Positions 1 to 12,665 of a stretch of DNA of 64,000 bases are shown here, piece after piece. The DNA is from Podarcis filfolensis. Taxonomy: Eukaryota. Position 1 is the stretch's first letter. Every line of letters starts with the position of its first letter. The translations under genes and the position numbers were made by a program. The notes beneath the pieces are model-generated. The model was not told the DNA's origin and searched no databases. It was given only the letters and a program-made list of their open reading frames with translations. The stretch lies in NCBI GenBank assembly GCA_964270895.1, contig OZ185441.1; one strand, given 5' to 3'.

Positions 1-659
1 CCAGAATGCAGCCTACTGTAGAAAGGTAAGAGTTGAATCTATTGCTCCACCTACTTTGGCATCTGACACCCCCACCCTGCTGTAATGCAACCTCCAGATG
101 GTTGCTTATGATAGAATTCAGCCCTGCAGAGCTGAAAAGGGTATTTAATTCCTGTTTTACAATCATGAAGGCAAGTAATAATAGAACTTCTCACTGACAC
201 AAGAGAGTTGTGCACTAGGAGGTATCTTGGGAATTGTAAGTGACAAGATTACTAGTCTGTAGGCAAGCAGGTATGCAGACAGGCAAGTGGAGATAGGCAG
301 TCTGAGATCAGTTCAAGGGCAGAGTTAGCAGTATTATAGGACTAAGCATAACTCCATGTATACCTATTAGGCATTTGTGTCACCTGTTCTTTGCTTAATT
401 GGGAGATGCACTCTGGCCACCTGCAGAGACAGCAAGTCACAGCCACCAACTAGCAAACAGCTACAGGAGCAAAGAAAGTAAGATTCCCAATTTCCATTCC
501 TTAGCATGCCTTATTCAAGACAGCTGAACTGTCTTAAAGCAATTTTGAAGCACTGGTGAAGCCACAGGCTTCGCCAGGGTGCTGACCATGGTGCTGAAAC
601 AACTAACTGTATACATTATTTTTCTTTCTTTAAACAGTGGAAACTCAGTATTTTCCTAT

Positions 660-805
660 AAGGCCTATTTTCCTATAAGATGGTTCTCTTATAATGGCAC
701 CCACCAGTGAGTTCCTGTTGGGAAAAAAGCCACTGCCATTCTAAAAGAACAAGGGAGGTGTTCCTTGTGAGTTCCAGCACCTCTTTTTCTAGAAAAATAG
801 CACTG
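660..805. mobile_element. Degenerate non-autonomous DNA transposon (MITE)
   Basis: Ends in ...ttttctagaaaaatagcactg with internal gagttccagcacctc motifs. The terminus type is shared with 1373-1510. Confidence 0.5.
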
Positions 806-939
806 CTAGAAGGTGACATAAAAATATTTTAAATAAAAAAGATAGCAACTCTTTCTCATTATGTCTACCCCCTTCCTAATCTGGGCTCACAACACATCCT
901 CTGGTAGGGGAACCATTTAACTTGTTAATTGTTTGATCC

Positions 940-1120
940 CATTTTGTTGCCTTCTTTCATCTAAGAACTGTACAGAGGTCTCCATCATCCTCCACTTTAT
1001 CATCACAACAACCCTACGAGGTTAGGCTCAGTAAAAAATGATAGGCCCGAATTCACAAAGTGAGATCCATTTGCTACACAGGGGTGTGGAACTAGGTATC
1101 CTTGGTTCAACTCTTCAGAA
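940..1120 (-). mobile_element. MIR-like/tRNA-derived SINE relic
   Basis: catcacaacaaccctacgaggttaggc resembles the reverse complement of a CORE-SINE central segment. Heavily decayed. Confidence 0.45.
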
Positions 1121-1372
1121 CCACCAGCTCTCCTTATAGAATAATAATGCACATCTCTTCCTTGCATCTAACTAAATCTTAAAAAACACGTTTGACTCTA
1201 TGCTAGAGTGCCTATGTGGGTAGAACTACTTGTTTTGAGATAGACACAGAATTCCAACTTCACGTTCGTTTTGTGATGCTGTTATGGTTGCTGGAGGTAG
1301 GGATAAATAGACAGAAAGACAGATAGGTGAAGGAGGTAGCATATCTCAAACAGTGATCTACATTGTTAAATC

Positions 1373-1510
1373 CAGTGCTTTTTCTGGAGGGATGCAGGGG
1401 TACGCATACCCCTAAACATTTTGTGAATTTAATTTTGGCCTCATTGAGAGGCAGCATTACAATGTGAGTAGGAAAATGACAGTACCCTTAAATATTTTTT
1501 TAGAAAAAAG
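1373..1510. mobile_element. MITE with cagtgctttttct.../...tagaaaaaag termini
   Basis: Left end cagtgctttttctgg; right end ttttttagaaaaaag is a partial inverted repeat. Confidence 0.55.
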
Positions 1511-2647
1511 GTGGCAATATGCACTGAGGCTGTAGATTTTGCATTTTACAAACTTGTTTCAATGGGAAGGAGAAGACTAAAGTTTGAGAATCACCCAAAT
1601 CATTTTTATGCTATATTGTTCAATGGGTATATTTGTATAAAGGCAACTCAGTCAATGTCTCAGTTTGTAGTATATGGAAATTTCTCAAAGGCATCCTTTC
1701 ACAAACTTACAAATGCTAGGCTTTTCTGTGTCGTGATACTATTTCTCCCTTCCATATTGCCATGCATGTGGCATCTCTCCTTTGGAAATTCAGGACTGCA
1801 TTTTGTAATTAAATGTTATAATCTCCAGGACAGAAGTGGCACAGTTGTGGATTAATTAATTGATTATCATCCCGAGAAAACATATGGGGAGACTCTTTTG
1901 CCACCTTTTCCCACTGAAAGGAGAAACGTGCGCCTCAGGGCTCATTGCCATGCACTTTTTGAGGCTCAGGTGTGCTTAAAATATTGTCTTACACTCACCC
2001 GCAACAGGAATCCAGGCTCTGCTGGTTTCCTAATTATCCCTGCAGCTGATGCTGTTCCATGTGGTCCTCATGATGCAACTAATGATATCAGTATAGAGAT
2101 AGCTGAAAGGTGGCAGTGCTGTTTGGTTATCAGAAGCTCCTTCCTATACTTCTGCCTTGATATTAAAACACTGAACCACAAGGATAGCTATGTGACAGCA
2201 GCATGAATCACACCATTGCAGATCAAACGCCACAGAGCTTTTACATCACTGGACATCAGCAGAAACACAGTGCTTGTCAATGGAGGCAGTTCACACATTT
2301 ATCCACAAGTTACTAGGACTTAGATCCTGAGGTTGCCTCCAGGCTGTCAGTACTTTTCAGAAGGGATTCAAGCACATTCCCAAAGTTTAGATTTGCACAA
2401 TTAAAGTGGATTAAAGTGCTTTGTTGCCCCAGCATGACAAATCCATTTTTTTTAAAAAATGTCTTTTTGCTATTAGAAATGTGACAAGGAAATGCACTAA
2501 AAAGTGTGGGATGAATGAATGATTAATGATAGGACCACACAAGCATATCAGGATGATTGCTCAAAAATGATCAGCTGTAGTCCAATCTGATCTTTGCAAG
2601 AAAAGCAGGATGAGTGCTGAACAGAAAGGTAATCTGAAGCTCTAAGT

Positions 2648-2750
2648 CAGGCATAGGCTGACTACAACTCCCATCATTCCTGACCACTGGTCCTGACCAC
2701 TGGGAGTTGCAGTCCCAAAACATCTGGAGGGCCGAGTTTGCCTATGCCTG
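2648..2750. mobile_element. hAT-superfamily MITE with perfect 8-bp TSD
   Basis: TIRs caggcataggc.../...gcctatgcctg, flanked on both sides by ctctaagt (2640-2647 and 2751-2758). Confidence 0.9.
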
Positions 2751-2915
2751 CTCTAAGTTGTTATTCCATTCAGGATTGCATTCCCCCCCTAATCCTCCCT
2801 CCCCTTGAAGCCTCTGGTACCACTTCCCACACTATTCCATGGGATCCTCCCACCCATTGAAGCAGATTTTCAGGCAGCATTGGGTTCTTTAGGCGGAAAG
2901 AGGGAATTGGCAGTA

Positions 2916-2920
<5 letters not shown>

Positions 2921-2967
<47 letters not shown>
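2921..2967. repeat. (CT)n microsatellite
   Basis: Direct reading. Confidence 0.98.
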
Positions 2968-2970
<3 letters not shown>

Positions 2971-5966
2971 TCCAATGGATGCATCCCATGAGCAGAGACT
3001 CACAGGAAGTTAGGATCCAAACTCAACTATTAACTGTACCTCCGCGTAAGAACCAGCTGCTGTCTGGTGTTCATTTATGCCTGAAGGAATTTGAGTCTTT
3101 CTGCTATTTCTTTGCTCTGCTTGCCAGCAAGTATGATTTCACCAAAATGTTTCTCTACAACTTGGCACAATGTACAAGCATTACAACTACATTGCTTCTA
3201 TAGGAATATGGCAAAGATCTTGAATATTAAAAGAATGCTTTTGCAACAAACAAATATGCTCATACATTAGCAAAAAAGCTTTTATAATTTTCCACGCTTA
3301 TTGGGAATGTAAAAATTCTAAAGCTATTTGAGCATTAAATATTGTTCTGAGGCCTGAGGCTTACAGACATTCTTTATATTATGCAGCCTTCTGGCAGACA
3401 AATCAACCCTAAGATAAATTTGCACTCCATTTTGCTTTCCCTTCCCAAGTTTCTAGCACTGCATTTTTTAACACTAGATTTGTTCCTACTCTATCCTGAC
3501 CCAGAAGATCACCTTCCATAATGAACCTTTGTAAAATAGGTTAAGCTCAAAGATAATAAATTGCAAAGTGCTTTTTGAATATCGCTTGAGTTCAGGAAGC
3601 TGTTACTTGATGCCCTTTGTGGTGACAATGGGCAGTGGTAACTGTTACCACCTTAGGCTGATGTGCTAGCTGTGTCCTCTCCTGCATAAAAACAATATAG
3701 CCATTGTCACATGTGCCATGATAACTGCAATTCACCCTTTGAAAAACTATGGCTGGTCCAGAATGCAACAGCAAGAAGTTTGTCAAGAAGGACATATTAC
3801 TGCAATGCAAAATATGAGAGGCTCCATCTGTATTGGCATTCCACCAGTTTTTGAAGACACAAAATCTCTTCAACCAAGTCCCTTGTTATAGTGGTGGTGG
3901 TGTTTTAATGGGTTTGCTTTAGTATGCTTTTTAATTATGAACATTTATATTTTAATAGGATCATGTTGTTGTGTATTTTTATTATGGGGTGATTTTTTTT
4001 AAAAAAGCAACAACTTAATTTTAACAAGGTAATGTAATTAATTATTGTGGGTTCTCTTTTTTCAAGTTACATTTTCCATCGGTTTAATAATATTGTGTCA
4101 GTTGCACGGCTCCCTCGCAGTGGGCACCATGGACCTATTCAGTGGGCTCAATGATCTGGGAGCAGGAAAGCCAAGAACTGCCTTCTCTTATATGAACAAT
4201 CTTTTGAACTCATTTCCTCAGATAATCTTAAGAGGCCCTGCTTTTATCTTTGCCTATCACAAGGTGGGAGGTTTTGCAACAGTTAAACTTTGGCTTTGCA
4301 CTTCTCTGAATGTTTGCAAAGTTCTTTTTGATTGTGTACAATGTCTTACGGTATTTGAAGGTAGTCCAAGGGCTGCCTTTTTAGTTTTCAAGTTTTAAAA
4401 AAAAAGGGAAGAAAGCAGGTAGCCCAATTGCTACTGTGAGTATATTCAAAATAGGGCTGAAAAATGTCACTGGGACCATGAGTTGCTCCTATCAGCTCAC
4501 TAGAAACACAAACTAACAACCCACACGTGGTATTTCCACATGGCATGTTCACTGAACAATCATTGTGAAATATTTGTGAGGCAGTTAGGTGTTATTTCAC
4601 CAAAGCAAGTGTTATTCCACACTTTCCAGGGCATTTTTGGATCAGTTTATTTATTGCAAAAAAGTCCAATCCTTTAGGGGAGCATGTTTGTTGTGAAAGA
4701 CCACCCAATATAATTATGCAATCAGAATTTGCCATTAAGGGATTGAATACAACTCTACAATAACAGTCTGCAAGTATCTGTAGTCAACTAAAACACACCA
4801 GGTTGAATCCAGACTAAGCAGATTACATTTAGATCCTACTGAAATTAATGACATTCCTTCACTTAAGTCCCATTCTTTTCAGTGGTGACTAAGCTCAACT
4901 AACTTAGTCTGGGTTTGGTTTCCTCTGGAAGGAGTTTGCTGGAAGCTTATGGCATTTTGGAATATGGGTATGTTTAGCTACATAGGTGAAGGCACAGCTT
5001 AACACTCAGCCAGTTCTACTGCCCCACACCAGATCTCCAGAAATAACCCCCACCCAAAAAAGGCCAATTCTCCTGGCCTCTTTCTGTGTCTATTTCTTGA
5101 AAATGGAGTCTGTCCCCAGTATTTCTATTGTTCTTCCACTCATACTGGTGAGTGATTGATAAAGTTGAGTCATCTTCTGAAGCAACTTCTCTCTTCTATT
5201 CTGCAGCACTGCTTTGTACCCATTTTCACCTTCACCTCCATGCCAATGCCTCCTCCCTCCTTTTGTGCAAACTGCCTTGTACACAAACCACTCCAGTAGT
5301 CAACTCCTGCTTTGTCCTCCTCCTACACATTACAATTGCTAAGCACTCTTTTTCACCTCCAATGAAAAGCACCCTTTTTACCTTCAGCCCTCCAATGAGG
5401 GCTATGTGATGACTGCCTTACACTCGTATGTGTATAGGTAGATAATTCTCACTGATAATCAATCTATTCCTATCCAAGGAGAGGGCAATCAGTGAATATT
5501 ACCAGTGACAGTCTTATCTGAAGTGGTTTCAATATGAAACATTTCTCAAAGCCACTATTTTCAGAAACAACCTCAGAGCCTGACCCTTTCTTTATTGCCT
5601 TCAAGTTCTGTGTTTGCTGAAAAATCACACTGCAGCTGCCATTAAGATTATGAAACATTGACTTACATGTGAGTTGTCAACACTCTTGATTGAAGGAGTT
5701 AAAAAAAGATGGGGGTGGGAGAACTGCACCTTTCTAATACATGCAGTGGATTTCTTAAGTTGACACATGACCATCCTTGTCAGCAGTTCTTTGATTCACA
5801 GTTTGATATGTCAGTGACAAGAGTCCCAAAAGCTTCTGGCAGCTTTTCTTGTGCCCAAAGGCTTAGTCATTTTGGAGGCATACTTCTCCCACTATAAGCT
5901 TTCATTGTCTTTCCTTTCTCACATGCTGGGATCTACAATGGAGAGCAGTTCTTATGTATGACTTAT

Positions 5967-6191
5967 TTGTTGTTGTTGTTGTTTAGTCGTTTAGTCGTGT
6001 CCGACTCTTCATAACCCCATGGACCAGAGCATGCCAGGCACTCCTGTCTTCCACTGCCTCCCGCAGTTTGGTCAGATTCATGTTTGTAGCTTCGAGAACA
6101 CTGTCCAACCATCTCGTCCTCTGTTGTCCCCTTCTTCTTGCACCCTCAATCTTTCCCAACATCAGGGTCTTTCCCAACATCAGGGTCTTTT
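5967..6191 (-). mobile_element. Bov-B (RTE clade) LINE, 5'-truncated 3' end
   Basis: Minus translation KTLMLGKIEGARRRGQQRTRWLDSVLEAT...AWHALVHGVMKSRTRLND matches the Bov-B ORF2 C-terminus. (CAA)n tail at the left end; 18-bp tandem duplication at 6150-6185. Confidence 0.93.
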
Positions 6192-6779
6192 ACTTATTTG
6201 TAGGGTCAGGCTAAAATTCCTCCCTACCTCCACCTCCAGTTTCCCAAAAGTATTCTATTCCTGAAAAAAAGGAACCATTTTCTAGTATTGCTTTCTTGGG
6301 ATGGGCAGAAATCTCTGAATTTTTTTTTTGAAGGGCAATACTGCCAACCTTACTTAACCTTGGAGGTGGCTGAAGATTACCCCATCCTCACCATTTTAAT
6401 GGCTCATTATGGCATGAAGATGTCTTCACAGCCTCCTGCTGGCTGAACTTCCTGTAATGCCTTGGGGGTGTGTGATGTGATGTGAGGTTGCTTTGCTCCA
6501 ACAGCATTCTAGGAAGTGCCATCAAGAGACTCTTGTGCCACTTCCCACTGATCAGATTTCCCAGAATGCTTTAGGAGCAATGAGATATGATGCAGCACTG
6601 CAGAGCACTATGCCAAGGCTATCTCTGCCCAACAAAATCAAAGCTGGGAAAAGGTATTCTGAGCCATGAAGCGCACCTAGGCTTCAAATGACAATGATGA
6701 GATATACCTAGTTCTTTTATGAAAAGCACATCCCCCTCTGGAACCACTTTAACACCAGCTTAACAGACACAAAAACTAT

Positions 6780-7140
6780 CTTGCCTCCTTGTCATGATTC
6801 AATCTCAATTTATTGCCCATCATCCAGTCCACTACAGTGTCCAGATTCCAGTTCAGTAGCTACATAGTTATATCTGACTTAGCTATCAAAGAAGTAGAGC
6901 TGAGTGTCTTCAGCATATTGATCCAAATTCTGGAATGATTTCACTCAACACTTCATACACTGTATGGAGGATCAAATGGAACTTGCAGTATCTCAGAGCA
7001 GAGCTCTCCAGTGCTGCTTTCTGAAACCAACACTATAGATAGGACTGGAACCACAGTATCACTATGCCCCTGCTGTCCAAATCCCACAGAGTGTTGGTTT
7101 GACTGTATACTAGAATACAGTAAAATAAAAGGAGAATTCT
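6780..7140 (-). mobile_element. Old L2 LINE reverse-transcriptase fragment
   Basis: Reverse complement of about 6890-6920 reads QYAEDTQLYF, a decayed HQYADDTQLY RT motif. Boundaries approximate. Confidence 0.6.
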
Positions 7141-7554
7141 CTGGATGACTAGATCCAGGTTTGGGGCAAGTACTCTTTGGTGAGAAAGCTCCAGCAGAGA
7201 TTTAAAATCACAAAGCATGCAACAAAGTAAAGCATGGAAATACAGTCTGTTAGACCTTTTAAAATATCCCCTTCAAAGTTGCTTCTGAAGCTTCCTACTT
7301 CCCCAAGCATAGAAAAAGACCACATGATTGGTAAGTTAAAAATTCTTTCCTAACAAACTTTTCAAATTCATGCAATTTTCCATACAGCAGCAAGAAAAGA
7401 CAGGCAATATAACACAGGTTCCAAAGTGGAGACAGTTTCTAAATTATTTGTATAGAAGCACAAATATGGCTTGCTAAAGCCACAGTCTAAGTCGGCAGCA
7501 TCAAGCTGAGACATCCTTACTGGTGGGTTCACATAGTGGGAGGAAAGAGAATAG

Positions 7555-7602
7555 AGAGTTTGGTAACTCTTCCTCCCAAGAGTTTGGTAACTCTTCCTCC
7601 CA
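7555..7602. repeat. Perfect 24-bp tandem duplication (agagtttggtaactcttcctccca x2)
   Basis: Direct reading. Confidence 0.95.
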
Positions 7603-7889
7603 AGGTGAGAGGGTGTGACCTAGCTAAGCCTGACAGTACTGCTTACTCTGGGATCTGAACCCCTTCATGAATTAATTAGATCATTGGTTAAATGAGGCTG
7701 ATTTATCCCACACAGAGCTGGTTCTGTAGGATAGCATGGCTGAAGGTTTCCAAAGCTACTGACAGGTCAAAGTGAATCAACAGCCCTGAACTTAATCCAT
7801 GTTGAAACAGATCTGGCTGTGCTATTTGGAAGTGGGTTAAATAGTGCAATTCAGCTGGGTAGATTACTCAGCCCAATCAATACATAAGA

Positions 7890-8160
7890 AGGCTGGACTT
7901 CCGGATCAGCGTTTTCAGTATCAGGTCGGAGCCTGGGCTCTTGCTGTCACGAGACAGATGCGGCACATAGAAAGCTAGAAGGGAGCAATGGAAGGTTTAA
8001 GTTGCCCCGAAACCCAGGGGAGTAATTCCGGGGGACAGGAGCTCAAGGCAGCACAATAAGGGGTTTCCCCAATCTCAGGAATATAAGAAAAATCAGAATG
8101 AGACAATAAGAAAAGGAGGAGAACCTCGGCGCATCGAGCTAAAAACACGCTCATGTGCAA
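7890..8160 (+). mobile_element. CpG-rich segment, possibly an L1-like 5' UTR fragment
   Basis: About 11 CpGs in about 260 bp in an otherwise CpG-depleted window. Begins ggacttccgg (ETS motif). No ORF1/ORF2 follows. Confidence 0.3.
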
Positions 8161-9721
8161 ATGCCCCATGTACCCAAGTGTCCATCACTGATCTTCTCCA
8201 CAGAGATAAGGAAATAAAAATAATGAAGTGCCCCCTGACAAATAAAAGTCTTTGAGGAGAAGCTGTTAGCTTGTATCAAAACTTTTTGTCTTCTGGTCCG
8301 ATGATAGATGTCATGGATGTTCTTTTTTGCCCCCACCCAAACTGTTGGAGGATTTCACACTTACTCTCACCCCCCCCCCACGAATATTCTGTGAAATGTC
8401 CCCCTCCACAGTCTGACCATCAACACATGGAATGGAAAATTGGTGGTGGGGCCTGCTCAAAAACCTTCAGGAAAAAATCATATGCAAAAGGTGGATTTTT
8501 TTTTTAAAGTGTCATTTAAAAATGTCTCATTTTTCCACCCGTACCTGACAATAGGCACATTTGTAGCTATGCAATCAAGATTGCTTGTACTCTTTGTCTA
8601 AATGCAGCAGCTGGCTATTCTCAATTCAATATTCAACCTCAGACTCAATGAATCTTCCTTAGAGTATTGCTAAGTGTACTAAATATTCTAAGTAAAGCTA
8701 TTGTGCTCTTGTTTCTTGCTTCTTGTTCAAAGAGAATTCTTTGTCCTTCGCTAAGGGTAAGCCCACAGCAGTAAGATGCAATCTGCCAATCGTTATAAAA
8801 ATAATTACCAAATCCACCCTGAGATTCTCTATTTTCAAATGTTTGTCACTTCGTATAGCATGTAGGATCAGCCCTAACATCTGTTCTCTGACCATTGTAT
8901 GAATGAGATGTTGGAAATACAATATTCATTTATAATTGACATCTGTGCCTCTTCTGACTTTGTAAGAAAAACAGCCTTGGATCTATCACAACAGTGAAAG
9001 TTTGAGATTATCTACTGCTCTGTGATGGAGAAATCTATTGCTTTGGCAGCATTTGAGCTATAAGCTTTCTGAACACGTCAGACACTAACAAGCCAGACAT
9101 ATTTCTGCAGTAAAGCAGGCCTGACTTATGAGGCAGGCTATTGCCTTTTACAAGACAGCCCCAAAAGGAGCCGTTATGGTTTCGACATGCGAAATAAAAG
9201 GTCAAAGGATGGCCCAGTTTGAGTTAAAATCATTTATTATATTTGTAGGCAAGGAAAGCAGCTGTAAAAACCATAAAAAGGTTCATTGACAAAGCAGGAG
9301 GCATCCTATTATTTGATTAAATTTGCCTGGCAGCTTGCAAACACACGAGCAAGTAAATAGATAACTAGCTAATAATTGCTAGCATCCTTATGTGTCTGAA
9401 TCTAGGTAACATCTATTGAAACAGCTCTGAAGTACTCAGCTCATAAGCATCAAAGGCTTTTGAATTATCACAAGATGCAAAGGTGGCGGTGCTAATTCCA
9501 TTATCAGCTGGCTCATGGGTAAAATAAGTCAAGCTTTTGACAGCCAAGCTAATGGGACTCATTGCAGACAACACCCATTATGGGTATGCAAAGATTGCTA
9601 TTATTATGTCCCAGCCTTTGCTAGCAAATGCTTGCTGTTAAGGGACAGAGCTATTATGCACTCCCAGTGTAATAGGTGCCAGTATGTATTGCTCTTGCCA
9701 AGGGGTAATATTTTATAAAAG

Positions 9722-9724
<3 letters not shown>

Positions 9725-9764
<40 letters not shown>
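9725..9764. repeat. (TG)n microsatellite
   Basis: Direct reading. Confidence 0.98.
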
Positions 9765-9768
<4 letters not shown>

Positions 9769-10284
9769 TTGAAGATGAGCAAACATTTTACTCAAAGCAG
9801 ACCAATTGGTAGTTTTGAAAGATGGTCCCATTATTTTTTGATGGTTCAAAAGCAAAACACTTCTTTTAAAGCTAATGAAACTTCCAAACAAATCAAGAAA
9901 ATGGCTTATCTAATCACAAACACCAGAGGTTCAATAAGCACACAGTTCTATAAGCACAAATAAACAACACAGAATAGGACATTGAATGAGCCAATGGGAA
10001 GGGAGTATTTTGAAGTTCTGCACATAGGTGTAATAATTGGCAAAGGGTGCAGTTCAGGCCCCTGGCAGGCAGCAATGGAGCTTAACAGAGAAGGAGAGTG
10101 CCATTACAGCTGGAGCCCAGGTGCTTGTGCTGGCCAGGGCAGAACAGGGAGTGGCATGCAGAGAGAATAAGACTGAGCCAATTTCTAGAACATGCTTATA
10201 GCTAGCCTATTTTAGGATCTGGCATATCCTTGGCCAACTTCATGGCCTCTCCCTGCCCCTAAAACACCTCATTTTAGTGTTCTG

Positions 10285-10344
10285 TTGGAAGCCGCCCAGA
10301 GTGGCTGGGGAAACCCAGCCAGATGGGTGGGGTATAAATAATAA

Positions 10345-10395
<51 letters not shown>
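10285..10395 (+). mobile_element. L2 LINE 3' terminus with (ATT)n tail
   Basis: gttggaagccgcccagagtggctggggaaacccagccagatggg...tataaataataaa(tta)n. Same family as 22925-23155. Confidence 0.8.
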
Positions 10396-10719
10396 TTGCA
10401 GGGATATCATCTGTGGTAGCATCCAGCTGCCTGTAGTTGAGGTCAGCATATTGTGACCCCCGTGAAGGTAGAGCCTCCCCTCTCCATTGCACATTAAAAA
10501 GTTGCTTATTCCTACAGTAGAAGTAGCATATATTTAAAAGGAGAACAATGTGGCTTTCAGTGCTTTCCTAAAGAAAGATCCCCCCTTACATAATCCATCC
10601 TAAGATGTATCTGCTTGCCAAGCTTCACTCGGCTACAAGTCTCCAGGAACAGGAAACCCAGCACCACCATTGGGTATGAGTTTGTTCTTGCCCTTGGAAA
10701 GAAGACACCTCTTTTATCA

Positions 10720-11040
10720 GGGTAGGAGATTCTTTTCAGCCCAAGGGCCACTTTCCCTTCTGAAAAATCTTCTGAGGGCCACATGCCAGGGGCAAAAGTG
10801 GGCACAGCAATGTATGTATATTGTACCTTTGTACAATAGGGTAGTTTCTAAAGACACCCCACACTTCTCTTTATTGTCCGCTCAGCAAACAAGAGGCTTT
10901 TTCAGAGTTCACGGACACATTTCTGCCAGGCAAACTTGGGGTGAGAAGCAGAGCCTGGGGAAAGTTCAGAAGGCCAGATTGAGAGGCCTAGAGGGCCACA
11001 TTTGGCAACTAGGTCTGAGATTCTCCATCCTTGTCTGTGA
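10720..11040. mobile_element. Degenerate hAT-like MITE
   Basis: cagcccaagggccactttccc near the left end and gagggccacatttggc near the right end. Termini decayed. Confidence 0.4.
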
Positions 11041-12210
11041 GCTCAGGCTCTCTAATTGGAAACTACTACCAGTGAGTATTATTGGCAACTGTATAGATCT
11101 GTGCCCATTTCTTCCTTGGTTTACCAGACTGGCATGGTAGGAAGCAAAAATAAGCACTACGAGAGACTAAGCAGCATAGAAATAATGCTAATTTGACCCA
11201 GATCTACCAGAGCTCAACTGGGAACCGCATTCTCAGATATATTGCAGCAGTTCAGCTCTTTCAGTCCAGCTAACTGTAGGCTGGTGAACTTTAGTGGCCT
11301 AATTTCACCAGTCCTTCTCCAGGACACCACGGACCTCAAACAATCAAGATCAGTCTCCCAGACCAACACAGCTTATGTACTCTGCAGATATAATAACAAA
11401 ATCAAAAACACTTGGGGATGTTACTGTCCGCCCACAAGTTTGCAAAGACTATCTTGTATATAATTTTGACAAGTGGTACACATAATTTACATCTTCAAAA
11501 AAGTAGATGAAATAAATATTTTTCCAGCAGTCCTGTTATGCAGTTGAGATCTTCAGAAGTCAAAGACCATAATGCCATCTCTCTGTATAAAAATTATGTT
11601 GCCAAGGAAACATGGCATTTGAATGTCATGATTTCTAATTGCAAGTGTGAGTATTGTGTTTTCAGGGAGCTTAAATGAAAAGAACAGTGAATGACCATAT
11701 TAGCTAAGTTTTAGAATTCGTATACAAAGAGATCTCAGTCCTTCATGGCTAGTGTGATCCACAGCAGTCTTGTTACAACTTCAGATCACCCAACTTTCTC
11801 TTATTCTTAGAAGTTCTGATGGTATACCCCTAACTTTGTTGAGCTATGCAGAGGCAGAGTTGAAACACTGGTGTACTCATGTCTGCGGGTAAGAAGGATT
11901 CCCAGTGCCAAAAAAAATAAGAGGACTTGTGTTAATGCTGGGATGCATGACATATCCTATGTACAACTTTCTCAGTGAGGTCAACAATGCCAATCTGTAT
12001 TGATTTCAGCGACTTAAATTAAACTGTACAGTATTTTGGTATAATGTTGGATCTACAAACATATTCAGATTTGCAAATTCATAATGGATTCAGATAGGAA
12101 AGTAGATCAAATATTGCCATATTTATTGCATCTTAGAGTTTTCCTTAGGCTGAAATCCTGCACATAGTTTGTTTATTTAGAAAAAAATGTATAAACTGTG
12201 GTACTTAATA

Positions 12211-12212
<2 letters not shown>

Positions 12213-12256
<44 letters not shown>

Positions 12257-12665
12257 CTCCCCTATACCTGGGGGTCTCAGGGTGGTTCACAGAATAAAAT
12301 CAAGATAAAAAACCACAAAAAATAATAAAAATAAAAACAACAACCCAATAGCCCCTCCCCCAAAAAAACATTTTCAAAGGGCATAGGATATAAATCAGAT
12401 CAACCAAAGGCCTGGTTAAAAAGGAATGTTTTTGCCTGGTGCCTAAAGTGTATAATGAAGGTGCCAAGCAAACTTCCCTGGGGAGTGTGTTCCACAGATG
12501 GGGAGCCACTGCAGAGAAGGCCCGTTCTCATGTTGCCACCCTCCGGATCTCTCGAGGAGGAGGCATACAAAAGAGGGCCTCAGAAGATGATCTCAGGGTC
12601 TGGGTAGGTTCATATGGAAAGAAGTGGTGCTTGAGGTATTGCGGTCCTGAGCTGTTTAAAGCCTC
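12213..12665 (-). mobile_element. L2 LINE 3' region with (AAT)n tail
   Basis: Minus translation ...RAFSAVAPHLWNTLPREVCLAPSL matches the L2 ORF2 C-terminus. Microsatellite tail at 12213-12255. Confidence 0.88.

Noticed and set aside
1-31. AAG|gtaaga donor-like site at position 25/26
   Set aside because: Only 25 nt of the potential exon is visible, with no recognisable peptide; cannot be evaluated.
2805-3203. 132-aa ORF
   Set aside because: Runs through the (CT)n microsatellite (SLSLSL) and has no protein-like character.
3592-3873. Minus ORF containing NCSYHGTCDNG, superficially EGF-like
   Set aside because: The remaining EGF cysteines are missing and there are no flanking splice signals.
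10670-11140. 156-aa ORF, the longest in the track
   Set aside because: Overlaps a decayed MITE, with no domain or coding-like composition.
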